Assembly (NCBI GenBank): GCA_038886995.1
Contig: JAWALG010000026.1
Coordinates: 1 to 15,927 of the forward strand
Reading direction: 5' to 3'
Length of the DNA stretch: 15,927 bases
From: Candidatus Iainarchaeum sp.
Lineage (GTDB): Archaea > Iainarchaeota > Iainarchaeia > Iainarchaeales > DTGL01
Both the position numbers and the translations under genes were made by a program. The notes beneath the pieces are model-generated. The model saw nothing but the letters and a program-made list of their open reading frames with translations. It had not been told where the DNA came from and did no database searches. Positions 8,582 to 15,927 of this stretch are shown piece by piece (within the stretch, counting starts at the first letter, position 1; every line of letters begins with the position of its first letter).

Positions 8582-9521
8582 TGTATGCTGAGGGATCAAT
8601 GCTTGCAGCTTTACCTTTTACAATTTCTCCCAAATTCGAAATCTCTGCCTTTGGCATGAGCAAAAGAGGCCTAAAAACAGGAATTTTAAACTTTGCATCA
8701 AAGGCAGCATACACTAAAAGAGATTCATTTGTGATTTCACGGTCTGGTGACACAATTGCGGAAATTCCTTCTTTGCCTATAAGGCTAGCGATGTCTGAAA
8801 AGTCCGTAACCCTGAAATCGCGCCAAAGATTCCACTCAGACAATATTTTAAGTGCATCATCAAAATTGCCTGATTTATTGCATTTGACTGGAAAAACATT
8901 ACAGCCCTTGCGCATCATGAGCCATGCACAAATCAAACTATCAATTTTGTTTTTTGGGCCTTCAAAAAGCACAGCAACGTTACCTTCCACGCCTTGAGGC
9001 AGGCCTCCAAAGCATTTATGCTCATCAAAATAAAAAAGCAAGTTATTGTTTTCAATGTCTATGTGAAGGATATTGTCTGGGTTCGAGAGGTTGACTTTAA
9101 GGCCATAGGCCTTTACAATTTCAGCCCCAACCAAGACCTCAACATCTCTGGAAGTGAAACTGTGCTTGCCAACACGCGAGCATTCAATAGCAAAGGATCC
9201 TTTCTTTGATGAAAAAAGGCCTCTTGACATTGAAACAATATCATCAATTTTTGAGAAAGTAGCATAATTTGCAATTGTTACAGAGTGCAACCCAAAAACT
9301 TTTTTAAGAACTTCAATGCATTTTTCAGGAAACTCAGACCTTATAATTATCCTGTCACGAGTAGATCTAACTAAAGCAAAATCAATGCCGTTGCGCTTAA
9401 GAGCGCACGCCACATTGCTTCGAAGCTTTTTTACAAAATAGCGCCTTGTGGATTCGCTTTTAAGGAATATAGCCGGAGAAAATTTTGCCATTATTACCTG
9501 CTTATCAGCAATATCAGTCAT
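8577..9521 (-). CDS. thiI: ThiI-like (tRNA s4U8 sulfurtransferase family) THUMP-domain protein with a degenerate catalytic domain
   Basis: N-terminal IFLKSESTRRYF and LKKVFGL, THUMP motifs SFAIECSRVGKHSFTS, VGAEI and KVNLSNPD, then GGLPQG...IDS...AWLMMRKGC and PVFRPL. Start is ATG 9521 (TATA-like sequence upstream) or ATG 9545. Confidence 0.85.
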   Translation of the reverse strand: MTDIADKQVIMAKFSPAIFLKSESTRRYFVKKLRSNVACALKRNGIDFALVRSTRDRIIIRSEFPEKCIEVLKKVFGLHSVTIANYATFSKIDDIVSMSRGLFSSKKGSFAIECSRVGKHSFTSRDVEVLVGAEIVKAYGLKVNLSNPDNILHIDIENNNLLFYFDEHKCFGGLPQGVEGNVAVLFEGPKNKIDSLICAWLMMRKGCNVFPVKCNKSGNFDDALKILSEWNLWRDFRVTDFSDIASLIGKEGISAIVSPDREITNESLLVYAAFDAKFKIPVFRPLLLMPKAEISNLGEIVKGKAASIDPSAYI

Positions 9522-9543
9522 AATTAGATTCTTTGCTGCAAAC

Positions 9544-9556
9544 ATTTAATTTTAAA
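9544..9556 (-). promoter_or_regulatory. Putative TATA region for the thiI-like gene
   Basis: Minus strand TTTAAAATTAAAT at about -35 to -23 from ATG 9521. Confidence 0.4.
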
Positions 9557-9612
9557 TATGTTATGCAATTCCAATTTATTTAATTTTTGTCACCACTCAA
9601 GGGGGTTGAAAT

Positions 9613-11562
9613 ATGAAAAAGTGGGTTACTGACAAAGACAGTAAAGGTTATTATTGGCCCAGCGAGGAAGCCAAGAGTTATTGCTGGGTAAAGGATGAAA
9701 AGATATATGATGAGGCCGCAAAAGACCCTGTTGCTTTTTGGGATAAAAAAGCAAAGGAAGGAATAACTTGGTTTAAGCTCTGGAATAAGACATATGTATG
9801 GAAACCGCCATACTACAAATGGTTTGTTGGTGGAAAGCTCAATGTATGCTACAACTGCGTTGATAGGCATGTAGAAGCAGGCAAAGGTAAAAAGCCCGCA
9901 ATAATATGGATACCCGAACCAATGAACGAAGAAAAAAGAGTAATAACGTTTGAAGAGCTCCATAGAGAGGTTCAGAAGTTTGCAAATGTGTTGAAAAACC
10001 TTGGTGTCAAAAAAGGCGACCGTGTAACAATATACCTTCCGATGATACCAGAAACCCAAATTGCTATGCTTGCGTGTGCAAGGATAGGTGCAATACATAG
10101 CGTTGTTTTTTCTGCATTCAGCCCGGAGTCCTTGAAGGCAAGAATAGATGACGCAAAATCAAAGGTGCTTATAACCTCTGATGGCTATTACAGAAGAGGC
10201 AAAATAGTTGAGCTAAAGAAGAATGCTGACGAAGCATTAGGTTCCAAAAGCCCAATCAAAAAGGTTGTTGTCGTAAAGCGCGCCGGCAACCAAGTAGAGA
10301 TGAAAAAAAGGCGCGACTTTTGGTGGCATGAGTTAATGGCAAAAGCTAAAGACGAATGCGCACCAACTAAGCTTGACAGTGAGCATCCATTGTTCATATT
10401 ATACACTAGCGGCACTACTGGCAAGCCAAAAGGAGTTATACATGTAAATGGTGGTTATAGTGTAATGGCTTACTGGACATCTAAGTATGTATTTGACTTA
10501 CATGATGAAGATATCTTTTGGTGCACTGCTGACATTGGTTGGGTTACAGGCCATACTTACAATTGCTATGGGATATTAGCAACTGGATCAACGCTGCTTT
10601 TCTATGAGGGAACACCGGACTTTCCAGACAAAGATAGGTGGTGGCAGATAATTGAAGAAAATAAGGTAACAATCTTTTACACCGCACCGACTGCAATAAG
10701 AATGTGCGCCCAGTGGGGCTCAGAATGGCCTGCGAAACATGACTTAAGCTCATTAAGGCTTTTGGGCACAGTTGGCGAACCAATAGACCAACAGGCCTGG
10801 ATGTGGTACTTCGAGAACATTGGCGGATCAAGATGCCCTATTGTAGACACCTGGTGGCAGACAGAAACAGGTGCAACTCTTATAACAACTCTTCCAGGGG
10901 TAGGTCCCTTTATTCCAACCGTGGCGGGAAGGCCTTTCCCTGGCGTTACTGCAGACATTGTAGATGCAGAGAAAAATAGCGTCAGCGGCGACACGGGCGG
11001 CTACCTTGTTCTTAAGAGCCCATTCCCTCCGAGCTTGCTAAGAGGGCTTTGGAAAGCGGAAAAGAAATATATTGAAACTTATTGGCTTAGCTATGACAAA
11101 GAATTCTATTCAACAAATGACGGTGCAAGGCGTGTTGACAACAAATACATAAGGATAACTGGCAGGGTTGATGATGTCATGAACGTCTCAGGACACAGGA
11201 TATCAACTGCTGAGATTGAAAATGCCATAGCATCACACAAGAATGTTGCTGAGTGTGCAGTAGTATCTCAGCCACACCCAATAAAAGGGGAAGCACCATT
11301 TGCTTTTGTTGTTCTGAAAGGAGCACAACCTAGTGAACAACTAAAGAATGAGCTTTTCGAGACAGTTAGGGTTAAGATAGGGCCTATTGCGAAGCCAGAG
11401 GTCATAGCGTTTGCAGATGCACTTCCAAAGACAAGGTCAGGCAAAATAATGCGAAGGATGTTACGTGCTCTCGTAACTAATCAGCCAATCGGCGACACAA
11501 CAACTTTGCTTAACCCGGAGAGCGTAGAACAGCTCAAAAAAGTAGTTGGATATAAGGGCTAA
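9613..11562 (+). CDS. acs: Acetyl-CoA synthetase (AMP-forming, acetate--CoA ligase)
   Basis: WFVGGKLNVCYNCVDRH, ACARIGAIHSVVF, YTSGTTGKPKG, WCTADIGWVTGH, DTWWQTETG, GRVDDVMNVSGHR and PKTRSGKIMRR. RBS GGGGGTTGA at 9601-9609. Confidence 0.96.
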   Translation: MKKWVTDKDSKGYYWPSEEAKSYCWVKDEKIYDEAAKDPVAFWDKKAKEGITWFKLWNKTYVWKPPYYKWFVGGKLNVCYNCVDRHVEAGKGKKPAIIWIPEPMNEEKRVITFEELHREVQKFANVLKNLGVKKGDRVTIYLPMIPETQIAMLACARIGAIHSVVFSAFSPESLKARIDDAKSKVLITSDGYYRRGKIVELKKNADEALGSKSPIKKVVVVKRAGNQVEMKKRRDFWWHELMAKAKDECAPTKLDSEHPLFILYTSGTTGKPKGVIHVNGGYSVMAYWTSKYVFDLHDEDIFWCTADIGWVTGHTYNCYGILATGSTLLFYEGTPDFPDKDRWWQIIEENKVTIFYTAPTAIRMCAQWGSEWPAKHDLSSLRLLGTVGEPIDQQAWMWYFENIGGSRCPIVDTWWQTETGATLITTLPGVGPFIPTVAGRPFPGVTADIVDAEKNSVSGDTGGYLVLKSPFPPSLLRGLWKAEKKYIETYWLSYDKEFYSTNDGARRVDNKYIRITGRVDDVMNVSGHRISTAEIENAIASHKNVAECAVVSQPHPIKGEAPFAFVVLKGAQPSEQLKNELFETVRVKIGPIAKPEVIAFADALPKTRSGKIMRRMLRALVTNQPIGDTTTLLNPESVEQLKKVVGYKG

Positions 11563-11566
11563 AGCC

Positions 11567-11597
11567 CTTTTATTCCCTTCTTTTTTCTTTTTTTCTT
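11567..11597 (+). terminator. Oligo-T/pyrimidine tract, probable archaeal terminator of acs in the convergent acs/top6A gap
   Basis: CTTTTATTCCCTTCTTTTTTCTTTTTTTCTT starts a few nt after the acs stop. Confidence 0.55.
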
Positions 11598-11607
11598 CAA
11601 TCCAAAA

Positions 11608-12789
11608 TTACGGCAAAAAGATCTTCTTCTTTATTTTTGTGGGCAAATATTCCGTTGCAACAAACTCAAGGCTTCTATTTGCAAGTGCCTGTTGCTCTAT
11701 CCTTACTTTCATGTCCATGGCAAGCTTTAGCTCTTCTTGCCATGGCTTGTTTTGGAACCAGTCATAGGACATAAGCTCTTTTGCTCTCTTAAGGTCCATC
11801 AATTTCATCTTTTCAGTGACATTCTCAAGCTTGTAATCTTTTATGTCTTCAATTGTCATACCAATATACTTTGCGTCTGGGCATGCTAAAAGCTGAGAGT
11901 GGGCTGCCAAAGCCATTGAGCCCTGCTTTATAACGCTGTAAATGTACCAACCGTAAGGGTCGCCATCTGTGAATACGTACACAGGCAGATTGCATTCAAA
12001 GTGAAGCCGATGTATAAGCCGCCTTGTTCCTCTTGCAGCTTGCCCACCTGTGCCTACAAGGATTGCCTTATTTTTCCTTGCAAAATCTTCCTCTATAAGG
12101 CGCTCATACATTGCACTTGTTTCTATAACAAGCACATAGTCAGCATTAACGCTTTTAATTTCTATTTCATTTGGTTCCATGCGGCTCATTATGCTCCAAC
12201 CGCCACGGCCTAGTTTGAGGCAGTTGAAAGTATCATTCCTGTGTTGCCTATCAACAAGGGTTATGTCTCCGTAAAGAGTACCTTTGGGATTTGCATGGAC
12301 ATTCAGTTTTTCCCTTATAGTGTCAATGCTATGCTCAAGGTCAACTATTGCAGCATCGCTTTCGCGCTGGTCTTCAAATGTGTTTTCATTTGTTTTCCCA
12401 ACAGTATGCTTAAGCTCGTAGTAGATTTCCCTGATAGAAGCTGTCTTGTTCTGCGTCAGATACTCGTGTGTTTTGCCCATAATTAGCATTGTTTGCATAA
12501 ATTTCCTTGCATGGGCAATGTTGAGGAAAGTCCTTGTTGAGCTTTTATCACCGAGCTTTATTATACCCATGTCTTCATCAAAAAGAACATTGCCTCGGCC
12601 TCTTAACTTTGTCTCAAACCTGGGATTTTTGCCTGCTTCAATTTCGGAAACTATCTTAAGCCCAATATTTTTTATCTTATCGGCTATCTCCTTTGGGCCT
12701 TCGGTTTCCATGCGTTTTATAGATTTTTTACCAAAACTCTTTCCTTTGGTAGCAGACTTACTAGCATCAGATTTCTTCTGACTCTTCAT
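11608..12789 (-). CDS. top6A: DNA topoisomerase VI subunit A (Spo11 family)
   Basis: SIREIYY (catalytic Tyr region), TFEDQRESD, Toprim VLVIET and DGDPYG, GGQAARGTRR, RIEQQAL. ATG 12789 lies 5 nt after GGTGA. The gene is adjacent to top6B. Confidence 0.96.
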   Translation of the reverse strand: MKSQKKSDASKSATKGKSFGKKSIKRMETEGPKEIADKIKNIGLKIVSEIEAGKNPRFETKLRGRGNVLFDEDMGIIKLGDKSSTRTFLNIAHARKFMQTMLIMGKTHEYLTQNKTASIREIYYELKHTVGKTNENTFEDQRESDAAIVDLEHSIDTIREKLNVHANPKGTLYGDITLVDRQHRNDTFNCLKLGRGGWSIMSRMEPNEIEIKSVNADYVLVIETSAMYERLIEEDFARKNKAILVGTGGQAARGTRRLIHRLHFECNLPVYVFTDGDPYGWYIYSVIKQGSMALAAHSQLLACPDAKYIGMTIEDIKDYKLENVTEKMKLMDLKRAKELMSYDWFQNKPWQEELKLAMDMKVRIEQQALANRSLEFVATEYLPTKIKKKIFLP

Positions 12790-14506
12790 CTTCTTCACCT
12801 TCTTCTGTTTCTAATTTCTTTGCAGCTTTAGCTTCTTCTTTCTCATCAATCTTGAGTTTATTGGCAACAAGCCACTCGAGCTTGCTAACAAGATGCTCCT
12901 TTTGCTTCTTTGTTATTTTGCTCAACGCATCAGCGATCTCCGGTATGTATCTATAGAATATATCGCGCTTCATTTTTCTTTCAATCAAAGCCCTTTTTGC
13001 AGATATGTATCTGCTTGTCTTCCTGGCGCACATCATTATTGCTAGGCGCAACTCCTCAACAATCTCATCCTCATCAGCCACTGCCTGCTTGCCTGCGCCA
13101 GTATAAGGAACATGCACAGAAATGAAGTTCACGAATATTGTGAGTGGAACATTTTCAAGGTCTTTTACACCATAACGCTTCCAATCGATGTCATGGACTG
13201 TCTTTGTTATAGCACAGCTGCCAGCATCGAAAAGCAAAGGTGCTCGGTTAGCAAACCTCATTATCTCAACCTTAGCACCCTGGTTTTGTTCATCAACAGC
13301 ATTGGGCTCTTTGTTTTTTTGTGTTTCTTCTGTCTCTTGAGTTACAACACCAGCTTTTCCGCCATAAGCAATACCAACTTCAACCTGGAAAGGATAACCG
13401 CCAGCATAAACCTTTGGCGGCCTTGTAAGTGTGCTTACATGCTCTGGCTGCACTATTGTTTCGAGGGACTTCTTTATGCGTTCTTCGCCAATTGGGATTA
13501 GGCCTTCGGTGCTGGGTGCTATAAACTTTATCTGCTTGAATGCATTAATTATTGCCTCTGCTTCTTGCCAAGTAAGCTTTTTCGGATCTTTGTTAAGGTC
13601 GAAATTAACCAATTTCTGGAGGTTTTCTATTGCAGTGTCGCCCATTCGGTCAAACTCTGACTTAAGAAAAGATGATACCTTTTGGGCTTTTGTTGTTTGG
13701 GACATCGTTACGATGTCATCAACTGTTGCACCTGCTGGGTGCGGCTTCATTGGCTTTGGAATCTTTGGCAAATAGGTTGTGCTCCTGTTAAAAACAACTT
13801 TCTCGCCTTTCGGTGATCTGAATATTATTTTTGCGTGTGGGTTTGCTATGGCAGTCCTTCTCAGATATTCTAAAGGGCCTGTTGAGGATTCCTTATAAAG
13901 GACACCTTTAAATCTTGCTTGAACCATGAGGCCTCGGAAAGGCCTGTCAACCTCTTTAAAATTGTATATCTTTGGCTCATTTTTCTTTGGGTCAATGGCT
14001 AATTCGCAGGCGAATGTTTTTCCTTTGCCTGTTCCGCTTATTATCTTTATTGCTTTACCTGTGGTCATTTGGCTCAGCATTGTGCAGCCACTTGCACCAA
14101 TGCCCTGTTGACCACGCATCTGTATTATTCTGTGGAACTTTGTGCCAGCAAGCAGTTGGCCAAGGGCTTTGCCAACAGTCTCCTTCGTAAGGCCTGGTCC
14201 ATTGTCTTTTACTGTCACAAGGTAGTATTCTGGCCCAAGCTCATCAATCTTAACCTCTATCTCAGGCAATATGCCTGCTTCTTCGCACGCATCCAATGAA
14301 TTTGTAACGTACTCATGCACTATCGTAGTGAGCATCCTTATCTTGCCATAAAGGCCAAGCATCTGCATGTTTTTCTTGAAAAACTCTGCAACGCTGTGCT
14401 CTTTAAATTCCTTTGCAAGAACTTCTGCACTCAAGATATTTATTTTTCCATTTTCTTCTTTTGGCTCTGCCTTATCTGAAGCTGCTTTTTCCGACTTCTT
14501 TGCCAT
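12767..14506 (-). CDS. top6B: DNA topoisomerase VI subunit B
   Basis: SVAEFFKKN, GHKL motifs HEYVTNSLDA, DNGPG, GTKF and RGQQGIGA, also TAIANPHA, KPHP, RFANRAPLLF and VPYTGAGKQ. AGGTGA RBS 4 nt upstream of the ATG. Confidence 0.97.
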   Translation of the reverse strand: MAKKSEKAASDKAEPKEENGKINILSAEVLAKEFKEHSVAEFFKKNMQMLGLYGKIRMLTTIVHEYVTNSLDACEEAGILPEIEVKIDELGPEYYLVTVKDNGPGLTKETVGKALGQLLAGTKFHRIIQMRGQQGIGASGCTMLSQMTTGKAIKIISGTGKGKTFACELAIDPKKNEPKIYNFKEVDRPFRGLMVQARFKGVLYKESSTGPLEYLRRTAIANPHAKIIFRSPKGEKVVFNRSTTYLPKIPKPMKPHPAGATVDDIVTMSQTTKAQKVSSFLKSEFDRMGDTAIENLQKLVNFDLNKDPKKLTWQEAEAIINAFKQIKFIAPSTEGLIPIGEERIKKSLETIVQPEHVSTLTRPPKVYAGGYPFQVEVGIAYGGKAGVVTQETEETQKNKEPNAVDEQNQGAKVEIMRFANRAPLLFDAGSCAITKTVHDIDWKRYGVKDLENVPLTIFVNFISVHVPYTGAGKQAVADEDEIVEELRLAIMMCARKTSRYISAKRALIERKMKRDIFYRYIPEIADALSKITKKQKEHLVSKLEWLVANKLKIDEKEEAKAAKKLETEEGEEDEESEEI

Positions 14507-14514
14507 AAAATCAC

Positions 14515-15045
14515 CTAAAAATCAAAGTCAGCTTTGCCACTTTTTCTTAAGCTGTGGCGCCTGAATGCAGTTTCTATTTCTGCGCCTGACAGTATGTCCA
14601 TTATTATTGCTTCTGCAAAATCTAAGTCCTCTTCAGTGCCTATTATTGACACCGTATCACCATAAACTGACACATAGCAGTTACAGGATTCTTCTATGCG
14701 CTTCCTTATGCTGCCTTCCGTGCCAATCACCCTCGATTTTTTTGTATGTATTGCTTTTTGGCTTTTGCCAACCAAATCACGAACATCAATTACTCTTAAA
14801 TCATAATAATCCTTGCTTAGCAGGAATGCCTTTTCAGGTGCAAAGCCTCTTGCAATTGCCTTGCAGATTTTCTCTGCAACCACCACTTGAAATGCATCAT
14901 TGCCGCTTATGGAAACCTCACCGTTTTCGCTGTCTATCACAACCTTTGTCTTTGTCAGTGCCTCAATTCTGCTCTTAATCTTGCCTTTAGGCCCTATGAG
15001 CACGCCTATGCGCTCCTCAGGCACTAAGAGGTAAGTGGAGGCCAT
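14515..15045 (-). CDS. KH-domain RNA-processing protein (archaeal Dim2/Pno1/Krr1-like)
   Basis: RIGVLIGPKG (KH GxxG), KAIARGFAPEKA, RVIGTEG, VSVYGDTVSIIG. Conserved position between rio1 and top6B. Confidence 0.9.
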   Translation of the reverse strand: MASTYLLVPEERIGVLIGPKGKIKSRIEALTKTKVVIDSENGEVSISGNDAFQVVVAEKICKAIARGFAPEKAFLLSKDYYDLRVIDVRDLVGKSQKAIHTKKSRVIGTEGSIRKRIEESCNCYVSVYGDTVSIIGTEEDLDFAEAIIMDILSGAEIETAFRRHSLRKSGKADFDF

Positions 15046-15120
15046 TAAAAACCACTATGTTCCAACGAAACTAAATGCAAAAGATTTTAAAAGCGTAACT
15101 AAAACCAAAAAAACTTAGTT

Positions 15121-15867
15121 TTAAGGCCTTTCTCTGGCTTTTTTTATGTCATTTTTTATCTCTTCAATGCCCTTTTTTAGGCCATTTTTGGCAAAGTAAG
15201 ATGAAATGTTTTTCAGGTCCCTCTGAAAGAACTCAATTGCGTGAGGATGCGTAGTTAAAACCGCTTGGCCACAGTCAATTATCACTGGCTTGCCTTCAAA
15301 GTTGAGAATGTTGTACTCAGAAAGGTCGCCATGAACAAGCTTTGCGCCATAAACCATTTTTGCAATTTCTCTCACAATGAAGTCGTAAAGAAAATCAATA
15401 TCTTCTATGGGGTGTTCCTTTAAAGGCAGCGCGGCTTCTTCTTTGCCTATAAACTCCATCACAAGAACGTTTTGGTTAAAGGCATAAGGCATTGGTACGG
15501 TAACGCCAGCATCAGCAAACTTCTCAAGGTTTTTGTATTCTTTCCTTGCCCACAAATAAATTATGTCATGCCTATCGCTGCTGACATTCTTAAAGCGAAG
15601 GTCTCCTTCAATATATTTGCGTAGGTTGCGGAAATTGCTTGTCTCAATCTTATATATCTTTACAGCCCTTTTGTTGTCGGCCTTGTCAACCGCAAGATAA
15701 ACATGAGCTTCTTTGCCTGTGTTTATAACATGCTCAAGATGGTCTATATAGCCCTTCGATGAAAGCTCATGTATTGCTGCTACAGTTGAGTAGTCAAAAA
15801 CCTGCGAAAATATATTGCGAAGTTTCTCATCTTTTATATAATCCTCAATTCTTGCTCTCGCTGACAT
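15121..15867 (-). CDS. rio1: RIO1-family atypical Ser/Thr kinase (small-subunit biogenesis)
   Basis: NTGKEAHVY, AVKIYK, YIEGDLRF, WARKEYKNL, NVLVMEFIG, LVHGDLSEYNIL, IIDCGQAV and HP...RD motifs. ATG 15867 follows a GGTGG RBS. Confidence 0.94.
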   Translation of the reverse strand: MSARARIEDYIKDEKLRNIFSQVFDYSTVAAIHELSSKGYIDHLEHVINTGKEAHVYLAVDKADNKRAVKIYKIETSNFRNLRKYIEGDLRFKNVSSDRHDIIYLWARKEYKNLEKFADAGVTVPMPYAFNQNVLVMEFIGKEEAALPLKEHPIEDIDFLYDFIVREIAKMVYGAKLVHGDLSEYNILNFEGKPVIIDCGQAVLTTHPHAIEFFQRDLKNISSYFAKNGLKKGIEEIKNDIKKARERP

Positions 15868-15927
15868 CTGAAACAACCACCACAAACTGAATGAATAAGA
15901 TTTTTGTTTTATTTAGTTATACTGGCA

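Noticed and set aside
847..14978. Numerous 60-200 aa ORFs antisense to or overlapping the main genes (e.g. 3509..4105, 6694..7152, 9580..10098, 14565..14978)
   Set aside because: These are shadow frames of well-conserved genes, with S/F/L-rich antisense composition and no recognisable motifs.
11608..15867. rio1-KH-top6B-top6A cluster as a possible novel system
   Set aside because: This is a known, widely conserved archaeal gene neighbourhood.

Overview
Housekeeping-rich window of an archaeal chromosome. GGTG(A) ribosome-binding sites, TATA-like boxes about 25-35 nt before apparently leaderless starts, and archaeal-type enzymes support this. A DPANN lineage such as Iainarchaeota/Diapherotrites is my inference and has not been tested. 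Gene order: leuS(-), alaS(-), a frameshifted class III signal-peptide (pilin-like) Cys-rich gene(-), rpl10e(+), tRNA-Cys(GCA)(-), mre11(-), a ThiI-like THUMP protein with eroded catalytic motifs(-), acs(+), then top6A, top6B, a KH-domain Dim2-like gene and rio1 (all -). I saw no mobile element, CRISPR array or defence system, and no clear multi-gene novel system. The best leads are (1) the pilin-like gene, whose signal peptide is out of frame with its body at a short (AT)n tract and was missed by the ORF track, (2) an apparently catalytically dead ThiI, and (3) a 15/16-nt identical sequence spanning the proposed start codons of alaS and the thiI-like gene.
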